This document shows positions 46,620-56,815 of a stretch of 64,000 nt of DNA, piece by piece (positions within the stretch are counted from its first letter, which is position 1; each line of letters starts with the position of its first letter). The notes beneath the pieces are model-generated. The model was not told the origin of the DNA, made no database searches, and worked only from the letters and a program-made list of their open reading frames with translations. The DNA is from Candidatus Alloenteromonas pullistercoris (GTDB lineage: Bacteria > Bacillota_I > Bacilli_A > RFN20 > CAG-826), in contig JADINA010000039.1 in NCBI GenBank assembly GCA_017694295.1, positions 22,957 to 86,956 on the forward strand, read 5' to 3'. Both the position numbers and the translations under genes were made by a program.

Positions 46620-47198
46620 ATGGAAAATGAAAGGAAAGCCGCGTTCCTGCCCCTAGGGAAGGGGAACGCCTTAAAGCATCTGACGGCCTCGTCCCTATTG
46701 ACCGCCCTTTACGTCTGCCTTTCCTTTTTCGCTTTGCGCCTAGGCGATTTCGTCCTTACCTTCGCCACCTTGCCCATCATCGCCTGCGCCTTGCTTTTTG
46801 GGCCGTTTGAGGGCTTTTTGATCGCCTGCTTCGGCGAGTTCCTCGTCCAATTCGCCCTTTATGGGCCGAGCCTCACCACCCCGATTTGGATGATCGGGCC
46901 CGCCGTTAGGCCTTTGTTGCTTGGGCTTTTCGCCTTTTTGTCGTATAGGTTTGGGAAAAGGCTAGAGGAGAGGAAGGTCATCTATTTCCTCTCCCTTTCT
47001 TTAACCTCCGTCTGCGTCACCCTTTGCAATACCCTGGCCATGTATTTGGATGCCCTTATTCTCGATTACCCGCTGACGATCGTCTGGCTGACGACGCTAT
47101 ATAGGGGGCTATTGGGGATAGGATTAAGCATCCTAAACGGCTTTTTGGCTTTGCCGCTTCTTAGGGCGCTTAGGGCGTTATTGGGAGGAAAGCAATGA
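46620..47198 (+). CDS. ECF transporter S component (folate/FolT-like)
   Basis: Six-TM protein with LLTALYVCL and LPIIACALLFGPFEG. Confidence 0.75.
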   Translation: MENERKAAFLPLGKGNALKHLTASSLLTALYVCLSFFALRLGDFVLTFATLPIIACALLFGPFEGFLIACFGEFLVQFALYGPSLTTPIWMIGPAVRPLLLGLFAFLSYRFGKRLEERKVIYFLSLSLTSVCVTLCNTLAMYLDALILDYPLTIVWLTTLYRGLLGIGLSILNGFLALPLLRALRALLGGKQ

Positions 47199-47989
47199 AG
47201 GGAAAGCGCGGCAAATTCGCTATATTGTTTAAGCTTTGCGGGCTTATTGAGATTCTTATGGCCTTGGCGGCCCTTTCTTTATTCGCCGCTTTCATCGCGC
47301 TTTCTGCCCAAAAGGAAATGGACGAGGGGACGCTTGGGGCCATCGCCTTATCGATATTGTCATTGCTTGCCCTTATCATCCTATTGGCCCTTCCCTTGCT
47401 TTATCTAGGCAAAAAGGCGAGGCAGGAGGCTCTTTCTTTCGCCCTCTCCTCCCCCTCTTGGCAGCAAGGGGAGGTTTATTTTTCCGCGAAGGATGCCAAA
47501 TTGCCCTATTCGAAGCTCCTCCTCCCCCTTGCCTATGCCAATCGGCGGACCCTCATTGCCCTATTTTCCTTCTTCCTTGCCTTCCTTATCCTAGGCAGTT
47601 TGCCATTCTTCTTTGGGCGCGACGCTTTGGTTATCGCCTGCTGCTACGTCGTTTCCTTCCTTTCCCTTCTTTTACTCGCCTATTTCCTTTTCACCCAGCC
47701 ATTAAGCTATCAAAAAGCCGACATCGAATACTCCTTCGCTACAGAGCGGCTGCTCCTTTCGGCCAGCTCGACCTCTATCAATTCTAGCGCCGCCCTCCTA
47801 TATTCCTTCCCCCTTCTTGGTGTGATAAGCCAAAAACGGCATAATGGGTTCTTGCTTATCTCGGCTTACCTTCCTTTAGACGGAGGAAGGCTCAAGCGCT
47901 TCGATTTGCTTTTCTTCGATAAGGAAATCATCGAACAAGCCGAAAATTGGCTTAAAGGAGGCAAAGGCAATGAGGATCGTCTCGTATAA
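47195..47989 (+). CDS. Hypothetical membrane protein
   Basis: About four TM segments; overlaps both neighbours. Confidence 0.6.
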   Translation: MKGKRGKFAILFKLCGLIEILMALAALSLFAAFIALSAQKEMDEGTLGAIALSILSLLALIILLALPLLYLGKKARQEALSFALSSPSWQQGEVYFSAKDAKLPYSKLLLPLAYANRRTLIALFSFFLAFLILGSLPFFFGRDALVIACCYVVSFLSLLLLAYFLFTQPLSYQKADIEYSFATERLLLSASSTSINSSAALLYSFPLLGVISQKRHNGFLLISAYLPLDGGRLKRFDLLFFDKEIIEQAENWLKGGKGNEDRLV

Positions 47990-48725
47990 CGTCAATGGCC
48001 TTAGGGCGGCCGAGAAAAAGGGGTTTTACGAGAAAACCTTCGCCTTAAATCCCGACGTCCTTTTCATCCAGGAGACGAAGCTTAGCGATTCGCTTAAGCC
48101 CAGGGAAATCGATGGCTATCATCTTTATTTTTCTAACTCCAAGGAAAGGAAAGGCTACTCGGGGACGGCCTGCTATTTAAAGAAAGAGCCCTTAAGCATC
48201 CATTATGGCCTTCATAAGGGCGAATACGACGATGAGGGGCGGCTATTGACCGCCGAATTCCCTTCCTATTTCCTAGTCGGGGCCTACGTCCCCAATTCCG
48301 GGGAAGGGCTTAAGCGTCTTCCCTATAGAATGGAATTTGAGGACCACCTCCGCGAGTACCTTCTTTCTTTAGACAAAATAAAGTCCGTCATCTACTGCGG
48401 CGACCTCAACGTCGCCCATAACCCAATCGACCTAAAGAACCCCAAATCCAATGAGGGGAACGCCGGCTATACCAAGGAAGAGAGGGAAAAGATGGACCAG
48501 CTGCTTGGCTCAGGCTTCATCGACGCCTACCGCTTCCTTTACCCAGAGGGGAAGGACTATTCCTGGTGGAGCTACCGCTTCAAGGCGAAAGAGCATGACG
48601 CCGGGTGGCGGATCGATTGCTTTATAATAAGCGAAAGGCTTAAGGGCGCTTTGCTTTCCTCCCACATGGAAAGGGAGTTCGACTGCTCCGACCATTGCCC
48701 CATCGTCCTCGACATCGATCTTTAA
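47970..48725 (+). CDS. xth: Exodeoxyribonuclease III / AP endonuclease
   Basis: Motifs SYNVNGLRA, QETK, YVPNSG, GDLNVAH, GWRID and SDHCP. Confidence 0.95.
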   Translation: MRIVSYNVNGLRAAEKKGFYEKTFALNPDVLFIQETKLSDSLKPREIDGYHLYFSNSKERKGYSGTACYLKKEPLSIHYGLHKGEYDDEGRLLTAEFPSYFLVGAYVPNSGEGLKRLPYRMEFEDHLREYLLSLDKIKSVIYCGDLNVAHNPIDLKNPKSNEGNAGYTKEEREKMDQLLGSGFIDAYRFLYPEGKDYSWWSYRFKAKEHDAGWRIDCFIISERLKGALLSSHMEREFDCSDHCPIVLDIDL

Positions 48726-49381
48726 AGGACGTAAAGGTAAATCGAAAGAAACATCAATATCGCCCCGAAGAGGACGAAGAAATGGAAGACGGCGTGGAAC
48801 CAAAGGTTTTTCTTCCCGCCTAGGCCATAAAGCATCGCCCCGATCCAATAGGCGACCCCGCCGAAAAGAAGAAGGAGGAAGGCCTCAAGCCTTAAATGGA
48901 CGTAAAGGGGGTAAAAGGCCAAGACGGCGGTTGAGCCAAGGGCGATGTAAAGGACGATGTTGACGACGTTGAACTTCTTCAAATTGACCGAATTGAGGGC
49001 AATCCCGGTGATCGAGCCGGCCCAGACGATGCTTAGGATCGAATAGCCCCAGGCCGGATCGCCTTTTAATCCGACCAGGCAATAAGGGACATACGTCCCC
49101 ATGATGGAAAGGAAGACGAAATCGTGGTCAAGGACCCGAAGCACCCTCTTCCCGCCGTTTTTGGCAAGGCTATGGTAAAGGCAGGACATGAGGAAGGTTA
49201 GGAAGATGAAGGGTAGGTAAATCGAAACGGAGACGATTTCAAGGACGTCGCCGGAATCAATGGCTTTTATGAAGACAAAGGGGGCGGCGATTAAAACAAG
49301 CAAAGCCCCCAGCCCATGGGAGATGGAGTTCCATAGCTCCTGGGCCAAACTATATTGCGGCAATTCCAGCTTCTTTCCCAT
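48722..49381 (-). CDS. Hemolysin III / PAQR family membrane protein
   Basis: Motifs NSISHG, SCLYH, LDH..FLSIMGTY and HAVFHFFV. Confidence 0.9.
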   Translation of the reverse strand: MGKKLELPQYSLAQELWNSISHGLGALLVLIAAPFVFIKAIDSGDVLEIVSVSIYLPFIFLTFLMSCLYHSLAKNGGKRVLRVLDHDFVFLSIMGTYVPYCLVGLKGDPAWGYSILSIVWAGSITGIALNSVNLKKFNVVNIVLYIALGSTAVLAFYPLYVHLRLEAFLLLLFGGVAYWIGAMLYGLGGKKNLWFHAVFHFFVLFGAILMFLSIYLYVL

Positions 49382-49446
49382 ACGGGGAAAATTATAGCCA
49401 ACTAGTTATGGGTGTCAAGTCATCTAGTTATTGTTACTAGATATAA

Positions 49447-50637
49447 TCAAACCGCTTTTGCGCCCTCTTGGTTCCTTTTGCTTAGCTTTTCGGTCATCTC
49501 CAAGGCAAAGGCGAGCAGGAAAATCAAAACCAAAATCCAAACGGGCAGGGCCTTGAAGGTGAGGAATTGCCCTATCGCCCCGAAGAGAGGGGACATGGCG
49601 GTCGCCGCCACGTAGCCGGAGACCATCTGCAAGGAGATGGCGCTTGAGCTATACGACACGCCAAACCGGCGCGGCGCGGCATGGAGGGAAGAGGGGTAAA
49701 CCGGCCCGCAGCCGAAGCCGATGAGAAAGATGGCGAGGATGAGGATGAAGGGGTAGGAGCCGAAGAAAAGGAGGATGGCCCCGATGAAAAGGAAGCATTC
49801 CCCGAGCCTGATGAGGGCGGCATCCCCGAGTTTAAGTGAAAGCACGCCGGAAGCAAGCCGGCTTATGACGATGCCTATAAAGAAATAGGAGGTAAGGGAA
49901 CTCGAGAACCCTTCGTCTTGCCCATAGCCGAAATAGGCGAGGCTGCTGGCCCAGTTGAAGGTCGTCTGCTCGATGGCGATGTAGCAAAATAGGCAAATCA
50001 TGGCGAAAATCACGCCCGGGCGCTTTAGCGTCTTCACTAGCCCCTGCGCATCATCGAGCTTCTCGCCGCGCTGGAGCCGGAAACGGTCGAGTTTGGCCCA
50101 AACCGGGATGATCGAGAGGGAGAGGATGAGGATAATGCCTTGGATGAGGGCAAGGCAAAGCACGGCCTTGCGCCAGCCTAGGCTTTCCGAGGAAAGGAAG
50201 GCGGAGATGATAAAGGGCGAAGTGAGGGCCCCAATGCCCCAGAAGGCGTTAAGGACGTTCATGTGGATGGCCTTATAGTTATTGGCCACGTAGTCGCTTA
50301 AGGTCGAATCGATGGCCCCGGCCCCAAGGCCAAGGGGGATGGCCGAAAGGCAAAGAAGGGGGAAGGAGGATGAATAGGAATAGCAAACGAGCCCGCAGGC
50401 GGTGAGGCAGATGGAAAGGCAAACCGTCCCATAACGCCTTAGATGGCGGTTTAGGAAGGAAGTCGAAAGAGAGGAGATTATCGTCCCGGCGGCGACGATG
50501 GCGGAGACGCACCCCTGCAGCCCCTCGTCGATGCCTAGATCAAGGCAAATGGAAGGCCAGGCCGAACCCAAAGTCGAATCGGGGAGGCCGAGGGAGAGGA
50601 ATATGAGGTAGATAACCACCAATAGGAAGGCGGACAT
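49447..50637 (-). CDS. MFS transporter
   Basis: Motifs SLGLPDS.LGSAWP, GLGAGAID and GCGPVYP; about 12 TM segments. Confidence 0.88.
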   Translation of the reverse strand: MSAFLLVVIYLIFLSLGLPDSTLGSAWPSICLDLGIDEGLQGCVSAIVAAGTIISSLSTSFLNRHLRRYGTVCLSICLTACGLVCYSYSSSFPLLCLSAIPLGLGAGAIDSTLSDYVANNYKAIHMNVLNAFWGIGALTSPFIISAFLSSESLGWRKAVLCLALIQGIILILSLSIIPVWAKLDRFRLQRGEKLDDAQGLVKTLKRPGVIFAMICLFCYIAIEQTTFNWASSLAYFGYGQDEGFSSSLTSYFFIGIVISRLASGVLSLKLGDAALIRLGECFLFIGAILLFFGSYPFILILAIFLIGFGCGPVYPSSLHAAPRRFGVSYSSSAISLQMVSGYVAATAMSPLFGAIGQFLTFKALPVWILVLIFLLAFALEMTEKLSKRNQEGAKAV

Positions 50638-50649
50638 AAGGCAAAGAAA

Positions 50650-51273
50650 TTATGAAAGGGAATCGATGAAATCCCCAAGCAGGAGGTTCTTCATGGCCCT
50701 GGCCGGGAAATAGGCGGCAAGGGAGAAAACCTCGGCTTTGCTTAGCGGATGGGCGGAAAGGAAGGCGAAGCCCTCGGCTTTGGATTTACTCGTCATGGAG
50801 CGGACGTGGCAAAGGAACTCGAGGAAGGCGTAGGCCAAATAGTTGGACTTATCGATCCTCACCCGGGTTTGCCTGATTATGAAGCGGCGGGTCCCAACAG
50901 CGACCTCGCGCATCTTCCTCCCTTCCTCGTTGCAATAAACCTGCTCCTCCCGGTAATGGGGATCGCGGAAAAGGGAGGGAAGATAGCCAAGGAAGCCATA
51001 GGAAATACCAAAGATTTCCTTCCCGTCGGTCACGTATTTCTTGGCTATTATCCGATTGACGTCAAGCTTGGACGATTTTTCCGAAGGGATGTAATGGATC
51101 CCCTGTTGGAAGCGCCTTATGTCCCCGGCGGCCTCGGCTTCGTTTAGCAGCTGATGGACCCGGACGAGGGAGATGTTGGGGAAGGTTTTGGCGATCTCGA
51201 AGGTGAAGATCGGCTCATCGGGGCCGAATTTGGCCTTGAGCCGGCTGACGAATAAGTCTTTTTTCTTGGCCAT
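50650..51273 (-). CDS. DUF6088 / AbiEi-antitoxin-like winged-helix protein
   Basis: Motifs EPIF, GDIRRFQQGIHYIP, KKYV...G and RVRIDKSN..LEFL. ATG 51273 follows GGAGG. Confidence 0.6.
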   Translation of the reverse strand: MAKKKDLFVSRLKAKFGPDEPIFTFEIAKTFPNISLVRVHQLLNEAEAAGDIRRFQQGIHYIPSEKSSKLDVNRIIAKKYVTDGKEIFGISYGFLGYLPSLFRDPHYREEQVYCNEEGRKMREVAVGTRRFIIRQTRVRIDKSNYLAYAFLEFLCHVRSMTSKSKAEGFAFLSAHPLSKAEVFSLAAYFPARAMKNLLLGDFIDSLS

Positions 51274-51410
51274 TGCAGGGTCCTCCAAGGGCGAATTATA
51301 GGGGAAACTATAAGAAGTTGAAATGGGAAAAGGAAAAAAGATTCAGATACCTTGCCTTCCCTTTGGGAGAATAATAACCCAAATCCCACAATATCCGAAA
51401 GGGGGAAAGG

Positions 51411-51440
51411 AAAAGCCCCCGGGCAATTCGCCTAGGGGCT
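51411..51440 (-). terminator. Intrinsic terminator
   Basis: AGCCCC...GGGGCT stem with a T-run, after the 813-aa lipoprotein gene. Confidence 0.65.
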
Positions 51441-51451
51441 AAATGGAACTA

Positions 51452-53893
51452 TCAGGCGACCGACTCGATCGGGGTCAAATCGATCTCAACTTGCCCCGCC
51501 ATGTCGATGACGACCGAATAGGAGGTTTCTACGTAGTAGTTGCCGGAAACGCGGCCGGAGAGGAAGGAAACGGATAGCGATCCCGCCTCCGCGTCATAGG
51601 AGACCTCGAGGCTCCCGTTTTCATAGCTTGCGATGTTATCGCCCCAGACGGTGGTGGCAAGGGAGGTCATGATCGTCCCCTCATACCCGGGGGCGACGCT
51701 GACCGAGCCATCCTCGCCCTCGGTTAAGGCCGCGGCGAAGGGAGTAAGCAAGGAAGGCGGGAGGAAGCTAAGCCTATTGGTGCTGACGTATTCGGTTAAG
51801 GAGGCGAAGGTCCCGGCAGGGTATTCGGTTAGCATGGTCACTTCTCCAAGGGAGTTGGCATTGTAGACGGCGATCGCCCCATCCGCGTCTTCGACCAAAT
51901 AGGTGCCCTGGGAATTGTGGTCAAGCTTGTAGAAGGCGTTGTCCTGGTAGGAGACGACATCGGTCTCGGCGTCGTTTTCCGAGTAAAGCTCGCCCTTCCC
52001 GCCATCTTGGAGATGGTAGTAGCTGACCTGCTTCGTATAGGTCCCGCGGGAATTCTCGCTTTCACCAAACTGGGCGATGAACTCCGAAAGCGACAACGGC
52101 GAAGGGGCCTCGGCGTAGGGATAGAGGAAAATATAGAAGTAGCGGTCCACCCCGGAGAGCTGGGAGACTTGCAAGGCGATGTCGTAGGTAATGCCATCGA
52201 CGGTTATGTTGTAATGCTGCCTTCCCAGTTCTTCGTCATACTCTCCCTCAGTCCAGCCTAGCTCAAGCATAGAGGCGACTAGGCCGTCTTTGGCTTGGTT
52301 AAGGACATCGGGGTTATTGTAGACGAGGGTGGCTTGCCCATAGCCCCCAGCCGAATCGAGCCATGAGTTGCTATTGCACTGGTTGAGGTCGACGTAAGGG
52401 AGGAGGGAGGCGTAATCCGGGCCAAGGTATTTTTCCAATATGGCAAGGGCTTTTTCCCCTGCCACCTCCCAGGTTCCGTCCTCCGGGGCCTCGTAGGGGA
52501 CGTAGACGTAATCAAGCTCGGTCGTCCCGATGTCTTTGACCGTCACCTCGATCGTGCCCGAGACCGTGACCCCGACGTAATCGACGTAGGCGTAGTCGTA
52601 GGTGAAGAAGACGGTGCCGTCGTCATTTAAGGTGATGGTGTAGGTGCCCGGGGTCAAATAGGCCAAAAAGCCGAGGTAGTTATAGCATTGATCGGGCGAG
52701 GTGCTTTGGATGTAGCGCTCGAAGTTATAGCCGGTCTTCAAGGTGTAGGAGCCGTCTTCGTTTATGTCGAAGACCTCGGGGGCGAAGGCCATGCTCGACA
52801 TGAAGCCGGTGAGCTCCGTCTCTTTGGCCTCGTAGTGGCCGGTGGCGTTCATTTTTCCTTCCGCGTCTAGGGAGACCGCGGCCACCAGCCCTAAGTCCTC
52901 ATCGGCGTAGAAGCCAGAGCCGGTTCCATTTTCCTTGTAGGTGTGGAGGATGGCGGATTCGGTGTAGTAATCGACGAACTCGGCAACTGCGCCCTCCCCG
53001 GCCGAGCCGCCGATGCGCTTGACCTCAAGGGTGAAGTTATGGCCCTTCATCGCGTCGAAATAGCCTTGCAGCGCTTCGTGCCCCTCCAAAGTGGGTAAGG
53101 GCGCGACCGGGTCATAGGACTCAAGCTCGGAGACGTCGACAAGCTCGAAATCGAAGGTGATGGTGATGTCGGCGTAAACCGTCGCCCCATCGATAATCAC
53201 CTCGCTTAAGGGCGAGAAGCCGGTGTAAAGCCCGCCGTCGATAAGCCCGTCGGAGACGCGGAAATCGATGGTCCCATGGGGGAGGTCGTAATAGCCGGTT
53301 AGGGCATAAAGGATGCTTTCGGTTAAAGAGGTGTTTAGAGTCGCGAGGTTAAGGGTGAGGTAGTCCTCTTCCTGAGTTAGGACCTGATGGGCCAAAAGGA
53401 GGAAGGGATTCGCGTAATACTCGGCGAAGACGATAGGTTCCCCCTCGAGGGTGAGGCGGGAATCGTAGACGACGTTGTCGGGGAGGAGGGTGTGGGCGAC
53501 GGCATAGCCTTCGCCATCGACGTAAACCTCCTCGTAGGCGTAATAGCGGGTTTCGTCGTATTCGGCGAAATAATACGATGACGGGGTCAAAAAGGATTCG
53601 ATGGTCGAGGGGACGTCCCCAAGCGGCTCCCCGGTGAAGGAGTTGGCCATGGACATATTGAAGGTCCCGCGGAAGGCGATTTCCTCTTCTTTAAGTGCGG
53701 AAAGGGCCGCTTCGGCGTCTATTTCCGGATAACTTTCCGATTCAGATGATTCGGTGCTTGAAGACGAATCCGAGGATTGGCTTAAATCCGAGCCGGTATC
53801 CGTAGGGGTGGAGGAGGCGGTTTCTTCTGGTCCGCATCCTGCGAGAGTAAGGGAGAGAAGGGGCAAGCAGAGCAGGCATGTTTTCCTATTCAT
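51452..53893 (-). CDS. Large acidic lipoprotein, function unknown
   Basis: Lipobox LAGC, Ser-rich linker and a very acidic, Tyr-rich 813-aa body. Confidence 0.8.
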   Translation of the reverse strand: MNRKTCLLCLPLLSLTLAGCGPEETASSTPTDTGSDLSQSSDSSSSTESSESESYPEIDAEAALSALKEEEIAFRGTFNMSMANSFTGEPLGDVPSTIESFLTPSSYYFAEYDETRYYAYEEVYVDGEGYAVAHTLLPDNVVYDSRLTLEGEPIVFAEYYANPFLLLAHQVLTQEEDYLTLNLATLNTSLTESILYALTGYYDLPHGTIDFRVSDGLIDGGLYTGFSPLSEVIIDGATVYADITITFDFELVDVSELESYDPVAPLPTLEGHEALQGYFDAMKGHNFTLEVKRIGGSAGEGAVAEFVDYYTESAILHTYKENGTGSGFYADEDLGLVAAVSLDAEGKMNATGHYEAKETELTGFMSSMAFAPEVFDINEDGSYTLKTGYNFERYIQSTSPDQCYNYLGFLAYLTPGTYTITLNDDGTVFFTYDYAYVDYVGVTVSGTIEVTVKDIGTTELDYVYVPYEAPEDGTWEVAGEKALAILEKYLGPDYASLLPYVDLNQCNSNSWLDSAGGYGQATLVYNNPDVLNQAKDGLVASMLELGWTEGEYDEELGRQHYNITVDGITYDIALQVSQLSGVDRYFYIFLYPYAEAPSPLSLSEFIAQFGESENSRGTYTKQVSYYHLQDGGKGELYSENDAETDVVSYQDNAFYKLDHNSQGTYLVEDADGAIAVYNANSLGEVTMLTEYPAGTFASLTEYVSTNRLSFLPPSLLTPFAAALTEGEDGSVSVAPGYEGTIMTSLATTVWGDNIASYENGSLEVSYDAEAGSLSVSFLSGRVSGNYYVETSYSVVIDMAGQVEIDLTPIESVA

Positions 53894-53953
53894 GTCGATA
53901 TTCCTTTCAAAGCCATTGCTTTATAACATGGGGACGAATAAATGCAAGGGCGA

Positions 53954-54724
53954 CTAGCTTAGCAAAAGCGAAAGCTCCTCGGCGGAGAAACTAACTTCCA
54001 AAGGAAGGTTTTCCTTTAGCTCTTCCTCGCTTTCCGCCCCGATTATGGGGGTGAAGCCAAGGAAGCGGAGGAAGGAAAGCAATGCCTGGCTTGGCTTTAG
54101 CCCTTTTTCCTTCGCCACGCGGCAAATCGCCTCGTTTCTTACTGCCTTTCCCCCGTTAAAGACCCCATAGGCCTCGAGGGCGATGCCCTTGCCAAGGCTA
54201 AGCTCAAGCAGATCCTGGTCGATGCAGGATACGCTCGCCCTCACTTGGTCGACCTCGACCTTATATGGGCATTTGGAGAGCAACGGGTAAAGGTCCATAG
54301 AGGAAAAGTTCGACACCCCGATATGGGAGATAAGCCCCTCCCTCTTAAGCTCGCCAAGGGCGTTGAACGCCTCGATGTTGTCGCTGGAATAGTCGCGCCG
54401 CGGGTGGCCTAGCTCCTCTAGCGGGCAGGGGGAATGGAGCAAGACGAGGTCGAAATGGGTTAGGCCCATTTCCTTAAGGCTAGAGAGGACGCTATAACGA
54501 ACCTCCTCCCGTCTTTTAATCTCCCCAGGCACCTTGGTCGAGATGAACACGCTTTCCCTCTGATAACGGGAAAGAAGGCGCCCCACCGCGGCTTGGTTTT
54601 GGTAATAGGGGGCGCAGTCGAAAAGGCGGTATCCAAGCGAATAGGCGGAATCGATTAGCGTGGCGAGGCTATTTTCGTCCTGGCGATACGTCCCAAAGGC
54701 GGAGCGCGGCAATTTAAGCTTCAT
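53954..54724 (-). CDS. Aldo/keto reductase
   Basis: Motifs FGTY, GYRLFDCAPYYQN, ISTK, DLVLLHSP and IGVSNF. Confidence 0.9.
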   Translation of the reverse strand: MKLKLPRSAFGTYRQDENSLATLIDSAYSLGYRLFDCAPYYQNQAAVGRLLSRYQRESVFISTKVPGEIKRREEVRYSVLSSLKEMGLTHFDLVLLHSPCPLEELGHPRRDYSSDNIEAFNALGELKREGLISHIGVSNFSSMDLYPLLSKCPYKVEVDQVRASVSCIDQDLLELSLGKGIALEAYGVFNGGKAVRNEAICRVAKEKGLKPSQALLSFLRFLGFTPIIGAESEEELKENLPLEVSFSAEELSLLLS

Positions 54725-55928
54725 CTTTCGCTCTCGGAAGCAAAGCCGCGCTTGATTCGCGGTAAATCGAGGAAAGGAGGGAGAGAATGGCGTTATCCTC
54801 TTCGCTTAGGAAGCGGAAGCGGATGTCGGACACCTCGAGGCGGCTTTTCCTCCCCAATAGGTAGCGTTTCTCCCCATCTTCCTTCAAAAAGGCGCTTAGG
54901 GAGTGCTGGAAAAGCGATTCTGGGGTGTATTCGAGGCAATCGTCGAGTTTGGCGAGCTCGGCCATCCGCTCAAGGCAGACGACGAGCAAATCGGCATAGC
55001 CGAGCTTGCTTATCCCGTCCATGTCGGCGATCGAAAGCAGGTGGCGGGCCACCTTCTTGCCTAAACTCTCCTCCAAATTGACTATCCGGTGGGCGAATTC
55101 CTTCCCCCGGTCGAGCAGCTGATCGCTTTTGGGGAAGCAATAGGCCTTCCCTAATGCGAGGCCGAGTGCCTTTTTGGCGTCGAGGTAGCCCCGGCGCATG
55201 TTGGCGGCGATCGAGGAGGGGGTGAAGTCCATGAAGGAGCCAAGGCTTCTCCTGGGCTCGATGGCGAGGACGTTTGGGAGGCGGAGCAATTCCTTGTTGG
55301 GGGGCTCGAGGCCGAAAAGCTTCAAGTCGATGGCCACGATCTCGTTGGCCCCGAGGGAAAAGCAATAGTCGATTGGCAGGTTGTTTTTGTAAAACCCGTC
55401 GACGTAGCGCTTCCCGTTTATCTTCTCGATGGGGAAGACGGGGGCGCAGGCGCTTGAGGCGTGGATGAAGGGGAGGATGTCCTTCTCCTCAATCTCTTTG
55501 GCGTTGACCCGGACTTCCTTAAGAAGGGGGAGCGAACAGCAGACGCAGCCGAACTCGATGCTCGATTCCTTTATTCTCTTGGGGGAGATGTATTTGGCGC
55601 AAAGCTCCTTGAAGGGGGTGATGTCGGCCCCGGCGTTGGTTAAATAGGAGGTGAGGAAACGGCTGGTTTTGTGGATATCGAACTCGGTGATGGTCTTCGA
55701 ATTGAGGTTGATGCCCCCCTTCATGACCTTCTCGGGGGTGATCTCAAGCCAAAGGGATTGGAGCTCGTCGAGGGTTGAGCCCTGGGCGAGCATCGCCCCG
55801 TTTAAGGCCCCGATCGAGGTCCCGACTATGACGTCGAATTCATAGCCATGCTCATAAAGGCAGCGGAGGGCCCCCACTTCGTAGGCGCCCGTCGAGCCGC
55901 CGCCGGCCAAGCACAGTCCGCGTTTCAT
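54714..55928 (-). CDS. Patatin-like phospholipase
   Basis: Motifs GGGSTG, GTSIG and YVDG. Confidence 0.88.
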   Translation of the reverse strand: MKRGLCLAGGGSTGAYEVGALRCLYEHGYEFDVIVGTSIGALNGAMLAQGSTLDELQSLWLEITPEKVMKGGINLNSKTITEFDIHKTSRFLTSYLTNAGADITPFKELCAKYISPKRIKESSIEFGCVCCSLPLLKEVRVNAKEIEEKDILPFIHASSACAPVFPIEKINGKRYVDGFYKNNLPIDYCFSLGANEIVAIDLKLFGLEPPNKELLRLPNVLAIEPRRSLGSFMDFTPSSIAANMRRGYLDAKKALGLALGKAYCFPKSDQLLDRGKEFAHRIVNLEESLGKKVARHLLSIADMDGISKLGYADLLVVCLERMAELAKLDDCLEYTPESLFQHSLSAFLKEDGEKRYLLGRKSRLEVSDIRFRFLSEEDNAILSLLSSIYRESSAALLPRAKDEA

Positions 55929-55960
55929 ACCCGCCCATTATAAAGCAAAGGCGGGATGGG

Positions 55961-56815
55961 CTAAATATGGAATTCGCGGGCTTGCTGGAGTTTGTTGAAG
56001 AATATGGCGGCCGCCGTGTTGTTTTTGTTTTTCATCCGCTTGGGCAGCTCCTCGCGGATGAATTGCTGCCCCGCTTCCTTAATCTCGGATAGGCTAGTAT
56101 GCCCCTGGAACACCTTTCTCCCGAATTCGGCCCCATAGGCGTAGGAGACGTCCATCGCCTTATTGATGACCTCTTTCTTAAACGAGTAGGTCGGGAACCC
56201 GTTGCCGAGCCTCGTCCCATCGTCGACATCGATGACGACCGGGACTTTCTTCACGATCTCGGCGCTTGGGAGATAACGGGGGTAATTGTGGATTATGAGC
56301 AAAACGTCGACGTCGAATTGGAGGAAGGGGAAGGTCGGGATGTTGTCTAGCGCCCCGCCGTCTAGGTAGAAGCGTCTCCCGTCTCGCCTGACCAACCCGT
56401 TGATGAAGGGGAAGGTAACGGTGATGTTAATCGCCTTCTCCAGCTCCTCGCTGCTTTTGCTGCTATCGAGGTAGAAATAATGGGTCGAAAGGGTGTTCAC
56501 ACACGCCCCGGTGACGTAAAAGGGGACTTTGATCTTGCTCGGATCGGTCACCATCGGGGCCAATAGGCGGCTGACGATGCCCCCTTTCAAGGCCTTCATG
56601 ACGTCGCCAAGGCTCCGAAGGTCTATTGTCCTATAGACGTTATCGAGATAGGGGATGTTGCCGCTAGAATAGGCGAGGGCATTGACTCCGCCGATGGAGG
56701 AAGAGGAGATAAGAGCGATGTCACCTTCGTTGATGAAAGGCAAAAGTCCCTCGAGGAAGGCGAGCTGGGCCGCCCCCCTGGCAAACCCGCCGCCCAAAAC
56801 GATGCCAAGCCTCAT
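55961..56815 (-). CDS. Patatin-like phospholipase
   Basis: Start at ATG 56815 (ATGA overlap). Motifs GGGFARG, SSSIG and DGG. Confidence 0.82.
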   Translation of the reverse strand: MRLGIVLGGGFARGAAQLAFLEGLLPFINEGDIALISSSSIGGVNALAYSSGNIPYLDNVYRTIDLRSLGDVMKALKGGIVSRLLAPMVTDPSKIKVPFYVTGACVNTLSTHYFYLDSSKSSEELEKAINITVTFPFINGLVRRDGRRFYLDGGALDNIPTFPFLQFDVDVLLIIHNYPRYLPSAEIVKKVPVVIDVDDGTRLGNGFPTYSFKKEVINKAMDVSYAYGAEFGRKVFQGHTSLSEIKEAGQQFIREELPKRMKNKNNTAAAIFFNKLQQAREFHI

